From IMG/VR virus record IMGVR_UViG_3300038505_000007, positions 1-45,945 of that record: a stretch of DNA of 45,945 bases; one strand, given 5' to 3'. Both the position numbers and the translations under genes were made by a program. The notes beneath the pieces are model-generated. The model worked only from the letters and a program-made list of their open reading frames with translations, did not search any database and had not been told where the DNA came from. Origin of the DNA: a virus. Below, piece by piece: positions 28,484 through 37,994 of this stretch (position 1 is its first letter; each line of letters starts with the position of its first letter).

Positions 28484-30721
28484 TTAGGCTGTTTGAGTGT
28501 TGCGCTGCAGTGTGATGTCGCTTAAGATGAAGTCGATTCCTTCGACTAGTTTAACAGTTACAGAGATATTTACAGTGTTCCCGTTGATCTGAACAATTAA
28601 ATCCTTGTATCCGTTCTTAGCATCAGGAGTAGATACTGTGATGCCTTGTGCTAAGTATGTAGCAAGGATAGATTCACAAGTGGTCTTGATCTCTGCGGCA
28701 GAGACTGTGTTCTTGAGGCCAACATAGATGTTCTCAAGTTGATTTCTGAAATCAAAAGCAAGCACATCTGCTGCGTAAACAACGTGACCTCTGTTGAGCA
28801 CCCAATTGCCATCTTTGCCGTAAGTAGTATTATCAACTACTACTCTGTATCCACCGGTCTGTGGAGCCTCAACAAACGTGATTCCAGACTGGATAGCATC
28901 ATCGTACTGTACATCTGGATCAAAGTCGATCACGATGTTTTGTTCAGGAGTGCTCATAGGCTGAGGAGTATGGCGAACACCAGACATATTGAGGTATTTA
29001 AATGTCATGGGGTTTCCGATCGGAGAACCAGACCTTGCTCCTGCCAACAAGCAAGAGAGAGCCCAAGGCTGGAACCACTTGATATTGCCTTCAGAGTCTA
29101 CTTGCTTGATGTCCTGGATAGTGAGTTGTATCCTGTGGTATGCTAGATTCGCAGCAACGTCTTTGCAGTCTGTGTATGGAGCTTTAATAGACAAGTAGGC
29201 TTGTCTTTCTGATTTTCTCTTAGTAGTAGACATTACGCTGAGATGCGTCTTAACAGCTTGATGGATACCAGCTATAGTGTAAAAAGATGTTGGCTCTGTT
29301 AGCTGGTCCGCGATATCAGCAGACGCGTCTCTTGAGAAGAGAGGAACTATAGCGTTCACTCTGATTTTTTCAAACTTAGCTAGAGCGTTGACGATATCTG
29401 CAGAAGTTGTGGCTCCTTTTGTTCCGCCGCTCAAGTAGATAGCGTTTGGAACACCTTGTTGATCTACTAGACCTACTTTCTTAACAGTAGTAGCAGTAAT
29501 AAGTGGAATAAGCTCTACAAGAGTAGAGAGTGAGAAGAACTCTGCTACTTTAAAAGCATCTTGTTTAATTCTTGCAGGTTTTTGAACAGTCGAACCGAGA
29601 TATAAAGCACCAGCACTAGATACTTGGTCTAAGATATCTAGGCTCTTAGCTCCTAGAGTAGCGTTTGCAGGGGTAGCTGTCCAGCCAGGAAGAGTAGAGA
29701 TGTAGTCACATAATGACTGGATAGATGGGTAAGCGGCTTTACTGATTGTGTAAGAAGCAGGAGATGCACCAGTCTGTGTAAGTATAACATCTGTGCTAGT
29801 AATAGTTACGCTAGCAGCAGTACAGCCACCGCTGTTGTCGCGGCCAAGCATCATCACGACTTCTCCACCAACAGTGTCGCTCTCTTCTAAAGTAGTTACT
29901 GCGTGTTTAACTTTTAAAATAACTTTTGTCTCAGAAGAAGGAACAGCAAATGAGTAGTTGGTCAAACCAAGAGCAGCATTTGCAGAGCCATTTGTGACTT
30001 GAATAGAGCGTCCCCATCCGTTTCTGTGGTGAGTAGCGCTTGCTGTTTGAGTGATAACAAGTGTGTTAGGAGCAGTGCCTGCTAAGCAGGTTAAAGAAGA
30101 AGGTAGCGCAGCATTGATAGCTGTGATAAGAGCTGTCAAGTTGTTGTATGTACCAGAAGCGATAGTGTATGTAGCCTCTGCTCCACCGTTCTCTATTATT
30201 TTAAGCTCGTCATCTACACCCGTTGTGATAGTGACGGGAAAAGTAATCGGAGACGATACGACTCTTGCTGCGATCTCTGGAACCAAAGTCGCTTTAAAAG
30301 ATACTTGGTTTCCGCCGAGACCCCACTCTCTTGCGCGTAGCCTTCCAAAATCATTGACACCGCCGCCTGCAGCGACTGGGTCAAGCATCGCTTGAGTAGA
30401 GTTGTTTGTTTTATAGATATAAACAGCTTGAGCACCAGAAGGAACAGCGCCATCGGCTCCGGGAGCAAAAAGCATAGCACAGGCGTCTACGATAGGGCCT
30501 TTTTTATATTTAGCCTTAATTTGAGCAAACTGCTCTGGTGAAAAAACGTTGTCTGCGATATTTACTTCCTGTGCACCAGGGGTTCCAGCATCTGCTTCTC
30601 CAAGGATAGCTACTAAACCAGTAGCTCCAAGTGGAAAACCACCACCAACATCGATGGTTGTCTTAGAGTAAGCACCTGGCTTATATATCGTAGCGCCATT
30701 AAAGTTTACATTTATCGCCAT
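28484..30721 (-). CDS. Contractile tail sheath protein (745 aa)
   Basis: N-terminal FNGATIYKPGAYS...LVAILGEADAG, LRAREWGLGGN, LSGGTKG, PMTFKYL, YRVVVDNTTY and C-terminal VKLVEGIDFI are typical of sheath proteins. Confidence 0.92.
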   Translation of the reverse strand: MAINVNFNGATIYKPGAYSKTTIDVGGGFPLGATGLVAILGEADAGTPGAQEVNIADNVFSPEQFAQIKAKYKKGPIVDACAMLFAPGADGAVPSGAQAVYIYKTNNSTQAMLDPVAAGGGVNDFGRLRAREWGLGGNQVSFKATLVPEIAARVVSSPITFPVTITTGVDDELKIIENGGAEATYTIASGTYNNLTALITAINAALPSSLTCLAGTAPNTLVITQTASATHHRNGWGRSIQVTNGSANAALGLTNYSFAVPSSETKVILKVKHAVTTLEESDTVGGEVVMMLGRDNSGGCTAASVTITSTDVILTQTGASPASYTISKAAYPSIQSLCDYISTLPGWTATPANATLGAKSLDILDQVSSAGALYLGSTVQKPARIKQDAFKVAEFFSLSTLVELIPLITATTVKKVGLVDQQGVPNAIYLSGGTKGATTSADIVNALAKFEKIRVNAIVPLFSRDASADIADQLTEPTSFYTIAGIHQAVKTHLSVMSTTKRKSERQAYLSIKAPYTDCKDVAANLAYHRIQLTIQDIKQVDSEGNIKWFQPWALSCLLAGARSGSPIGNPMTFKYLNMSGVRHTPQPMSTPEQNIVIDFDPDVQYDDAIQSGITFVEAPQTGGYRVVVDNTTYGKDGNWVLNRGHVVYAADVLAFDFRNQLENIYVGLKNTVSAAEIKTTCESILATYLAQGITVSTPDAKNGYKDLIVQINGNTVNISVTVKLVEGIDFILSDITLQRNTQTA

Positions 30722-30744
30722 CTTTCTCTCCTATGTTGTTTTGT

Positions 30745-31014
30745 TTATATTTTGATTCCGTAGAGCCTTAACGCCTCGTCATAAGACGAAATGGTTTCAA
30801 GCATAGACAAACCTCTAGCCTTAAAATCAGCCATTATTATCTCTTTATGGTGATGACTTGGAATAGAGTCTTGTCTAAGACAAAACCAGGCGTCAAAATC
30901 AATAAGAGGCTCTTGTGGCTGCAGCTGTTCTAAAGTTAATTCATGCTGCTGCTGTTGCTGCTGCTGTTTTTGCTGTGTTTCTTGTTTTTGCTGCATATTA
31001 CTCTTTTTACCCAT
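30745..31014 (-). CDS. Small hypothetical protein with poly-Gln N-terminus (89 aa)
   Basis: GAGG SD; ORF directly upstream of the sheath gene. Confidence 0.7.
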   Translation of the reverse strand: MGKKSNMQQKQETQQKQQQQQQQHELTLEQLQPQEPLIDFDAWFCLRQDSIPSHHHKEIIMADFKARGLSMLETISSYDEALRLYGIKI

Positions 31015-31065
31015 AAAAAGCCTCTCTATATCATATTTTATCTCAATGCTCAGTAAAAAAATGAA

Positions 31066-31809
31066 TTAAAAATTCATCTCGTCGTCGGGGTCATCTATTC
31101 CAGCTCTGCCTATCTTGAGGCCCTCGTTAATAGTAGTGTCTACCAACTGTAGATCTACGTCCCCAGACGCTGCTATATCCCAAGCAGAGGGTAGGCCTAC
31201 TTTAGGATCAAAGTTTATGTCTTCGACCTCAAATAGCTCGTCTGCTCCCCAGAAGTTCTGAGTAGTACACCTAAATTTTATCCATCTAGTCCAGATATTC
31301 TCCGGCATCTTCCCTGGCTCTTTGTTGTAATCAGAGGCGCTAAAAGTGTGTAATTTTAAGCCAAGCCTGTGAGCCATGAGTTTGTGCTTAAACAGGATGT
31401 AAGAAACAATGTAGTACAGCCATAAGACATGGTCGCCCGATTTGTCCGCGTGTATTCCTATATCCACGTTGCAAGTAAATACGCCTGTTCCAGTCTCTTC
31501 CTCTGGATCGAATATTCCGGCGTGGTCTCCTATTGCAGCCTTGCTCTCGTCCTCTGCCTCAGAGGATAGGTGTATACTTATACATGGGATTCGCTCTACA
31601 TTGAAAGCCCAGGCTTTTACTACAGGTATCTCGACTTTATTAAACCATATCCATATGCTGTCTATGTACTTCTTTCCATAGTCCTGGCTCAGCTCGTCCT
31701 GCCTGTATTGCCAGAATATATCATAAAATGCTTTTCTGTTCTCTCTTAACTGAGAGATACCATATGATATGACTTTTTGAAGTACCACTTCTGGCATTAC
31801 GAAAGGCAT
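31066..31809 (-). CDS. Tail terminator / neck protein (247 aa)
   Basis: IPCISIHLSSEAED...VDIGIHA...LWLYYIVSYILF pattern; position before the sheath. Confidence 0.6.
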   Translation of the reverse strand: MPFVMPEVVLQKVISYGISQLRENRKAFYDIFWQYRQDELSQDYGKKYIDSIWIWFNKVEIPVVKAWAFNVERIPCISIHLSSEAEDESKAAIGDHAGIFDPEEETGTGVFTCNVDIGIHADKSGDHVLWLYYIVSYILFKHKLMAHRLGLKLHTFSASDYNKEPGKMPENIWTRWIKFRCTTQNFWGADELFEVEDINFDPKVGLPSAWDIAASGDVDLQLVDTTINEGLKIGRAGIDDPDDEMNF

Positions 31810-32447
31810 TAGTACATATCCTCGTATTTTCTAATTATGGACATTACTATATTATCACGCTCTAGTTGTAGATTAGAGTTTATGTTTGACAAAATATCAG
31901 TAAAGTCTGCTTCCTTTGCAGGAAGAACCCACTGTGTAGACCTGTCCTGAGAGCTGCTTGCGGTCCTAAACACGACTGAGCCCTTAGGGGCTCTAGCTCT
32001 TGACGCGGCTATTGCTGCCTCTTTTCTCTTAACTATCTCGGCCTTCTGAGCGTCGAATATAGAGGCGTACATCGGCTGCCTAGGTGTTTTTGGCTCACCT
32101 CCTACAGGTATGACCTTATAAACACCAGTGCCGTCTTTTTTAGGCTTAGCGTTAGAGAGTAGAGCGTCTAGCATTGGTTTAGGAGGCCTACTGAAGTTTG
32201 TCGTATTAGATTCTGTTTCTAGTATAAACGCGTCAGGCCTTGGTCTTATCTCGTTTATAAACTCAATAGACCTCTTCTCTACTCCAGCTTCTACTGCTTG
32301 TTCTAGTGCATTATCGAGAACCCTAGATAATTCAAGAGATATCTCGTCTTGAGCTTCTCTCACTATGCTCTCGACTATCTCTTCGTGAAGTCCTTTAGAT
32401 AACAGGAAGGACTTAAGTCTTTGTAGCTCAAGAAACACGTTAACCAT
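31809..32447 (-). CDS. Neck/tail-completion-like protein (212 aa)
   Basis: MLDALL..AKPKKDG..YKVIP...FRTASSSQD..QWVLP motif; coupled to both neighbours by overlapping stop/start. Confidence 0.55.
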   Translation of the reverse strand: MVNVFLELQRLKSFLLSKGLHEEIVESIVREAQDEISLELSRVLDNALEQAVEAGVEKRSIEFINEIRPRPDAFILETESNTTNFSRPPKPMLDALLSNAKPKKDGTGVYKVIPVGGEPKTPRQPMYASIFDAQKAEIVKRKEAAIAASRARAPKGSVVFRTASSSQDRSTQWVLPAKEADFTDILSNINSNLQLERDNIVMSIIRKYEDMY

Positions 32448-34269
32448 CTATTTTGCTCCGCTTTATAACGCGAGCTTTTAGGTCATGTAGGAAGTTCTCT
32501 TTTTCTAAGTCAGTCCACTCGCTGTCAAATACTATCGTTATCTTCCCAGAAGGGGATATCTCTACTTTTGGTCTAGGTAGATACATGTATGACTCATCAT
32601 GGACCTTTATTGGGTTAACTCTAGCGAACGAGATAGCCTCAACTTTCTCTTGCTTTGGGTTGTCTTGGTCTTCAAGTTGAGACAGCTTATCCTTCAGCTC
32701 CTTTACTTGGTCTTTTAGCATAGAGATGGCCTCTTGTAGCTCTCTCTTGCTCTCTTCATTTTTTGCTCTCTCTTGAGCTGTCTGTGTGTCTTCTGACTGC
32801 TTTGCTGCTTTGACTCTTTCAACTTCTTCTTTTAGAGAGTCAAATACGTTCATCATCCTCTGCTCTATCTCTCTTAGGTCGACAGCTACGCCGTTTCTTA
32901 TCTCTTTTCGTATGTTCTCCATCTCTTGGTATATGTTAGAGATGTTGTTCTTGTGATACTCATCTACGAGTCTCTTCATCTCGCTCTCTATCTTCTCGTC
33001 TTCCACGCTGCTACTAGTTATCTCTTTTAGAATCTCTTCGTCTTCTGGTAGATACCACTCAAAAACACTCATGAGAGCTACTGTTAGCTCAGGAAGAGAC
33101 TTGTTTCTCCAGTAAAATATGTTCTTATTGCCTTCTTCTACTCTCCCAGAGTAGACGTCGTTCATGTGTTTTCTGATGTGTATAGTGTATACGTCTAGCT
33201 TAATTGTCGTGAAGTCTTCATCTTTTAAGTCTTTGACGGATTCTTTTAAGAACCTGAATAGACCAGTTCCCACTAATTTTAAAGAGTCACCGTGAGTGGC
33301 TTCCATCACTATGTCTTGCGACCTTATGATGTTCTTAGCAAGTGTCTCTTCTAGTAAGAGATAACCTAGATGGTGCTTCGGGTATCTCGACAACACGAAC
33401 GTCTTTATTAAGAGAGCGCTCATATCGTCTATATGTTTTTTTGTTTTAGAGAGCTTATTAGATAGGCTGAACACGTCTGTCTTGTTAGACATGCAAGCAT
33501 ACTTGTTGCTCTTTTTAACTACAAACATATTGCTTAACGAGCTCAACCAAGCTTCGATAGAGCCGCTGTTTATCGCTTGCAAGAAAGACTCGTAAGACTT
33601 CTGTTTTATGTCTTTTAACTCGTTGTTCTCTACTAGAAGAGAATTCTTTATATCTCCTAGTATTTCTTTCAGTCTCTTACTATGAGGAACTAGCTGCATG
33701 TCTGGAGATATGGCTCCCCAGTGGGTATCTTTTTCTTTTGTGCTCAAGCTGCTCTTGGGCTTTTCTTTTACGACGCACACTACTAACACGCTGTGAACTG
33801 GTTGGCCTATGTAATCCGGTAACATGCACTGCTGCTCAAACTTTGAGCCGTGAATGCCTATATAGGATAGGTCGCCTCTTGCGTCTTTTCCTACCATCTC
33901 TGAGACTTTCTCTATAATAACCGCGTCGCTCAGCTGCTCGCCTTTTCCTAAATCCAGCGTGGGGATACATATTGCGCCGTCTTCTCTGCTGCAGAGAAGT
34001 ACTTTACCATCTTTAGCAGAGAGCATCACGATGTTCACTAACTGAGTGACACTATCTGTCTTCTTTATTTTCTTGTTCTTCTTCTGAGACTTGTTATCCC
34101 AAGATCCGCCTTTATCGTTGTTGACGGACTCCGGTGCTCCTTCTGGAGGAGGCGTATACTTCTCTGCAACATACCTAGGAGGCCTACCACGAGAGCCTGG
34201 GTCGATCTTCTTTGCGTGAAGAATCGCCTGCATCATCCTGTATTGTCTCTTGCTAACAGACTGAGGCAC
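32440..34269 (-). CDS. Multidomain hypothetical virion-associated protein with a degenerate Nudix-like segment and C-terminal coiled coil (609 aa)
   Basis: AGGAGG SD + GTG start; MPQSVSKRQYRMMQAILH N-terminus; KVLLCSREDGAICIPTLDLGKGEQLSDAVIIEKVSE. Confidence 0.7.
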   Translation of the reverse strand: MPQSVSKRQYRMMQAILHAKKIDPGSRGRPPRYVAEKYTPPPEGAPESVNNDKGGSWDNKSQKKNKKIKKTDSVTQLVNIVMLSAKDGKVLLCSREDGAICIPTLDLGKGEQLSDAVIIEKVSEMVGKDARGDLSYIGIHGSKFEQQCMLPDYIGQPVHSVLVVCVVKEKPKSSLSTKEKDTHWGAISPDMQLVPHSKRLKEILGDIKNSLLVENNELKDIKQKSYESFLQAINSGSIEAWLSSLSNMFVVKKSNKYACMSNKTDVFSLSNKLSKTKKHIDDMSALLIKTFVLSRYPKHHLGYLLLEETLAKNIIRSQDIVMEATHGDSLKLVGTGLFRFLKESVKDLKDEDFTTIKLDVYTIHIRKHMNDVYSGRVEEGNKNIFYWRNKSLPELTVALMSVFEWYLPEDEEILKEITSSSVEDEKIESEMKRLVDEYHKNNISNIYQEMENIRKEIRNGVAVDLREIEQRMMNVFDSLKEEVERVKAAKQSEDTQTAQERAKNEESKRELQEAISMLKDQVKELKDKLSQLEDQDNPKQEKVEAISFARVNPIKVHDESYMYLPRPKVEISPSGKITIVFDSEWTDLEKENFLHDLKARVIKRSKIDG

Positions 34270-34329
34270 AAATCCTCCTAATCAATCTTGACATGTACAT
34301 TATATCATCTATGTTGGCTGTAAAACAAA

Positions 34330-35190
34330 CTACTCTTCATCCGGCTCTACTTCTACCTCTATTGGCTCGTTGAGTCCTTCTGATTTAGCCGGCTCAGATG
34401 GGTTCACCATGAAGTCTCTCTTCACTAAGACCTGCTGAGGCAGTCTTGTTGCTCTCTTTACTCCGTTCACCATCTCTTGTGTTATCCTTAGCTCCCTAAG
34501 AGTCTGCACGACCACGTAGACAGGATGAGCGAAGTATGCAAAACCTATGACCTCTCCCCTGTCGAGCGAGCTGTCGTATCTGGGCTCAGTGCTGCCTATC
34601 CAGCGTATATCTCCCTCTGTGGTTATCTCGAAGTCTACTCCTTCTTGGTAGATCTTCTGAACGCCGTCCACTATGGAGGATGCGAACTCTACGCTCTCAA
34701 CTGGGTACTTGAGTCTTATCTTGTTCTGGCTGTTAGGTCTCCACTGCTTGAGCTCCCACGTTCTCACGGTGAAGTCCGGCAGCAGCAGCCTGTCGTACGT
34801 GTTAAAGTCTGCCTGCGTGCCGTCTGCGTAGGTCGTAGGCATAGTGACGACAGCTGTTCCAGCCTCCCATACCCCGTGCGTCTGAAACACCTTCTCTAAA
34901 GAGTTAGAGTAGAAGGTTCCCCATATCTCCTTCTCATCGTAGAAGATCAAGCCAGAGCCGTCGCAGAACGTGCAGTCAGCTGGATGAGCCTGAAAGTCAA
35001 TCGAGGACACGTTCATGCACGTCATCGCTTTCTTGTGTATCATCCTCACTCCCCGCTGAGCCAGCAGCTGATCAAAGCTGACACCAAGAATACTTGGGTC
35101 ATGAATGTAGGAAGGCATAGGAGAGGGAGTGCTCCTAGGAGACGTGGCTGGTGGATTAGGATAAGGCTTGTTAGGTTTCTTTATAGACAT
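34330..35190 (-). CDS. Head-tail adaptor/closure (neck) protein (286 aa)
   Basis: FDQLL..RGV...C....CTFCDGSG motif, GTAVVT, YDRL, RLKYPV, YQEGVDF, LPQQVLVKRDF; first gene of the module. Confidence 0.65.
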   Translation of the reverse strand: MSIKKPNKPYPNPPATSPRSTPSPMPSYIHDPSILGVSFDQLLAQRGVRMIHKKAMTCMNVSSIDFQAHPADCTFCDGSGLIFYDEKEIWGTFYSNSLEKVFQTHGVWEAGTAVVTMPTTYADGTQADFNTYDRLLLPDFTVRTWELKQWRPNSQNKIRLKYPVESVEFASSIVDGVQKIYQEGVDFEITTEGDIRWIGSTEPRYDSSLDRGEVIGFAYFAHPVYVVVQTLRELRITQEMVNGVKRATRLPQQVLVKRDFMVNPSEPAKSEGLNEPIEVEVEPDEE

Positions 35191-35204
35191 GCGCTGACAT
35201 CTCC

Positions 35205-35240
35205 ATTATACCGCAGAAGAGAGTCATATCGCTGTATAAT
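35205..35240. promoter_or_regulatory. Back-to-back -10 boxes for divergent transcription
   Basis: Minus-strand TATAAT (attata 35205-35210) toward the neck gene; plus-strand TGTATAAT (hexamer 35235-35240). Confidence 0.55.
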
Positions 35241-35248
35241 TGAGCTAT

Positions 35249-35599
35249 ATGGAAGCTCACGATCCATTTGACAGGAGCAGAGCTGAGATAGAGATCTCCG
35301 AGACTCTCACAGAGGAGGAAGAGGAAGTCCTTAAAGGGATATCACAGAGAGGAGGAGCGTGTAAGAGCGATCTCAGCGACTGCAGCAAGTGTCCGATAAA
35401 CAGGCTGGCGGCGACTCTGTCGCTGGATACTTGTCTAGACTTGTTCTTTGAAGTAGACGACACTGGTATGCGTAAGACTTCCTATGTAGACATAAATGAA
35501 GCTTATAAGCTACTAGCAGAAGACATACTAGCTAACAGTGCTATACTTAGAGCTACTAGTAGTGAAGATAGTCCTAACAGTGACAGCCAAGAGAGCTAA
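35249..35599 (+). CDS. Cys-rich hypothetical protein (probable start ATG 35249)
   Basis: GGACKSDLSDCSKCPI motif; ATG 8 nt after TATAAT. Confidence 0.7.
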   Translation: MEAHDPFDRSRAEIEISETLTEEEEEVLKGISQRGGACKSDLSDCSKCPINRLAATLSLDTCLDLFFEVDDTGMRKTSYVDINEAYKLLAEDILANSAILRATSSEDSPNSDSQES

Positions 35600-35722
35600 G
35601 ACAACCTATCGCGCCCCCGCCCCCCCCCCTTTTTTTTATTTTTGCCACCTAACGCTGCTGCGTCGTCTGTTCCCCAGGGGGTTTGTATAATAAGATCATC
35701 GCGACAACGAGGTGGTGACGAG

Positions 35723-36367
35723 ATGAGAGCAGCAAACCCAGACATAAGAAGACACAACTTCGCTGCTGGCCTAGGCGACTTCACAGTAGGTGAGTTCTTG
35801 GACTTCTTGACCGAGATCAACCTATTCCTCATCCGCGGAGGCCTCCACTGCAAGGACGCCTCCACGAAGACACTGAGCGAGGCCATCAAGTCGCTGTCAG
35901 AAGAAGTGAAGAGAAGAAAGGTGTCGATCGTCACAGACGCGATCGTAGAGAAGATGCGCCGATTATCAGAAAAAGAGGCCTCGCACTACTCGTTCAAAGA
36001 AGACGTCAAAACTCCATACCCCACGCTCATGTGCAGCGTCTGCCCACTTGCCTTAGAGTGCAACAAGTCGTTCTTCGAGACCTACTACCGCTACGCCGTG
36101 CTCGCAGAAAAGAGCGAGCGCAGCGGCAAAAGAGGCAAAAACAGCAGAGGCAGAAACAGAAACAACCCCATAAATAGCAAAGCCTTCCTCTCTAACGTGA
36201 GAGATAAGTCGGCCACCAGGCTCGTGACCACCGTCGTAGATAGGCTCACCACTGCCGTAATGCTGGGTGAGGCCTCGCCTCACGACATCGTCGACAGAAA
36301 GCTCATAGATAAGATATGCAATGAAGTGACAGAGCTCATCCTAGAAGACATATCCCCCTCACCCTGA
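35723..36367 (+). CDS. Hypothetical protein with CxxCP....C motif (214 aa)
   Basis: GAGGTGG SD-like sequence before ATG 35723; TATAAT at 35686-35691; CSVCPLALEC. Confidence 0.7.
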   Translation: MRAANPDIRRHNFAAGLGDFTVGEFLDFLTEINLFLIRGGLHCKDASTKTLSEAIKSLSEEVKRRKVSIVTDAIVEKMRRLSEKEASHYSFKEDVKTPYPTLMCSVCPLALECNKSFFETYYRYAVLAEKSERSGKRGKNSRGRNRNNPINSKAFLSNVRDKSATRLVTTVVDRLTTAVMLGEASPHDIVDRKLIDKICNEVTELILEDISPSP

Positions 36368-36427
36368 CGCGTCCAGGTCCAGCTCTCGCAGTGTTATAAT
36401 ATAAACATACAGAGCGAGGACCAGCTG

Positions 36428-36631
36428 ATGAAGAAGACGTACTCACGAACAGACCACATAGACATGGCCAAGAGAGTCGCAGAGGAGCTTGCCAACGCGA
36501 CAGGCCTCCAGTTCCTAGACGGATACTTCACGATGAACGGGTACGAGGCTAACCTGAGAGACAGGCTCTCCGGCGTCACGTACACAGTTGTCATCGACAT
36601 CCTCCCGACCATCAACCAGACCGGCTACTGA
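36428..36631 (+). CDS. Small hypothetical protein, family A (67 aa)
   Basis: TGTTATAAT (hexamer 36395-36400), GAGGA SD; ends LRDRLSGVTYTVVIDI. Confidence 0.75.
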   Translation: MKKTYSRTDHIDMAKRVAEELANATGLQFLDGYFTMNGYEANLRDRLSGVTYTVVIDILPTINQTGY

Positions 36632-36649
36632 CACGCATGAGAGGCTAGC

Positions 36650-36853
36650 ATGAACAGAATGAGCAGACCCATGAACTCGATCCGAGGCTCCGCCAACTCG
36701 ATAGGCGGCAGCGAGATAAGACAAGCCCTTCAGCAGTTCAAGAACCGCTCGATCAACTTCCTCGTGCTGAGAGAAGACGGCGACAGCATCATCGTGATGG
36801 ATAGGCTCAGCCAGATGCGGTTCAGAGTCTCCATGAGCGTCTCAGAGAGATAG
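36650..36853 (+). CDS. Small hypothetical protein, family A-like (67 aa)
   Basis: GAGG SD; ends VMDRLSQMRFRVSMSV. Confidence 0.65.
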   Translation: MNRMSRPMNSIRGSANSIGGSEIRQALQQFKNRSINFLVLREDGDSIIVMDRLSQMRFRVSMSVSER

Positions 36854-36861
36854 CCATACCC

Positions 36862-37107
36862 CTACTTGAACAGAACCGACTCCAAGTACTCCCTGCTGGG
36901 CACGAGCACGTTGAGCACGAGCGAGCCCAGCAGCAGAGCCAGGTCAAAGTAGGCCTGCTTCTTATCCACTTCCTTGTTGCTCAGGTTGCTCAATATCGTG
37001 CTCGCTATCCCCAGCATCAGTTTCATGAAAGAGATGACCACTAGTGCTGCAACTAGGACATGTATCTTGTTGTTCTGGTAGTACATGAACTCTAACACCT
37101 GACGCAT
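36862..37107 (-). CDS. Small membrane protein, two hydrophobic segments (81 aa; start 37107)
   Basis: AAGGAGG SD before ATG 37107; upstream TATAAT at 37174-37169. Confidence 0.65.
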   Translation of the reverse strand: MRQVLEFMYYQNNKIHVLVAALVVISFMKLMLGIASTILSNLSNKEVDKKQAYFDLALLLGSLVLNVLVPSREYLESVLFK

Positions 37108-37176
37108 GGGTTGCCTCCTTGTAAGGACGTGGGAGCCTGTGAGATCGCAGGCCGTGCTCATGTATTGTATTATACT

Positions 37177-37362
37177 TCAGGAGTGGGGTCGCGTGGTTTG
37201 GCCTCTTGCTCCTCGCTTCTCAGCGATGGCGTGGAGGCTCGTGCTCACGCGAAGGGCTAGCACTGCGGCTGTGGAGCCCAGCGAGATCAGGATGGGGATG
37301 AGCATGGCTTGTGGCGCGAGGCTCAGGGCTTCGGCTAGCATGTGCGCGGCTGTGGGTGGCAT
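37177..37362 (-). CDS. Small putative membrane protein (61 aa)
   Basis: GAGGAG SD 7 nt before ATG 37362; hydrophobic MLIPILISLGSTAAVLAL; upstream TACAAT. Confidence 0.45.
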   Translation of the reverse strand: MPPTAAHMLAEALSLAPQAMLIPILISLGSTAAVLALRVSTSLHAIAEKRGARGQTTRPHS

Positions 37363-37753
37363 GGTTCGTCTCCTCATGTCTTAGGGTTATTGTACTGCAG
37401 GATGGTCTGTGGTGTGTTTTTGGGACGCGGGGTCGTTGTTTCGGGAAGTAGGGGAGACTCTGCGGAGGTACCGGTACCTGTGTTGACCTGCGGGGACAAG
37501 GGCGGCGGGTCCCTGTGTGAGAGTGTCGGGAAGGTCGTGGGTATGTGTATTCGCGCGACGCGTACCCGTCCCGAAACTAGGGATCCCTTGTCTGGTGAGG
37601 CCACCGGGCCCCCTGACCCGAAACCAATATATAACCAATATAAATAAAAATAATAATAAGTCGGGCCATTGCTCGACTCCAGTCGCGCGTGTCGTCTTGT
37701 CCACTCGCGACACATGCACCCGACAAGACACAACACACAACAAGGGAGGCAAC

Positions 37754-37984
37754 ATGAGAGACAACAACAGGATAAACATAAGGATACTCAAGCCCGGCAT
37801 ATACAAGACCCCGGTCGCGATAAGACTCAAGGGTCACAAGTCGGAGGTGTTCTGCATCAACATGACGTCTGCGGTCAATCTCCTCGTGGGGAGCGGACTC
37901 GACTACGACGAGGCGGTATTCATGCTCTCTAGGGCTTTCGAGCAGGCGAGACTGAGACTTCGAGACAAGAGCTTCTTGGCATAG
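37754..37984 (+). CDS. Small hypothetical protein (76 aa)
   Basis: A/C-rich leader + AAGGGAGG before ATG 37754 (MRDNNRINIR...). Confidence 0.75.
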   Translation: MRDNNRINIRILKPGIYKTPVAIRLKGHKSEVFCINMTSAVNLLVGSGLDYDEAVFMLSRAFEQARLRLRDKSFLA

Positions 37985-37994
37985 GAGGTGGGAC

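Noticed and set aside
5408-35190. Extracellular contractile injection system or tailocin rather than phage
   Set aside because: Head-tail neck-type genes, an HNH endonuclease and a phage-like early region are present, and no Afp15-type AAA+ ATPase or bacterial housekeeping genes are seen. It is not fully excluded without the head genes.
1079-35271. Numerous plus-strand ORFs in the ORF track opposite the structural genes (except 25458-26597)
   Set aside because: They are antisense shadows of long minus-strand genes, with no SD or recognisable motifs.
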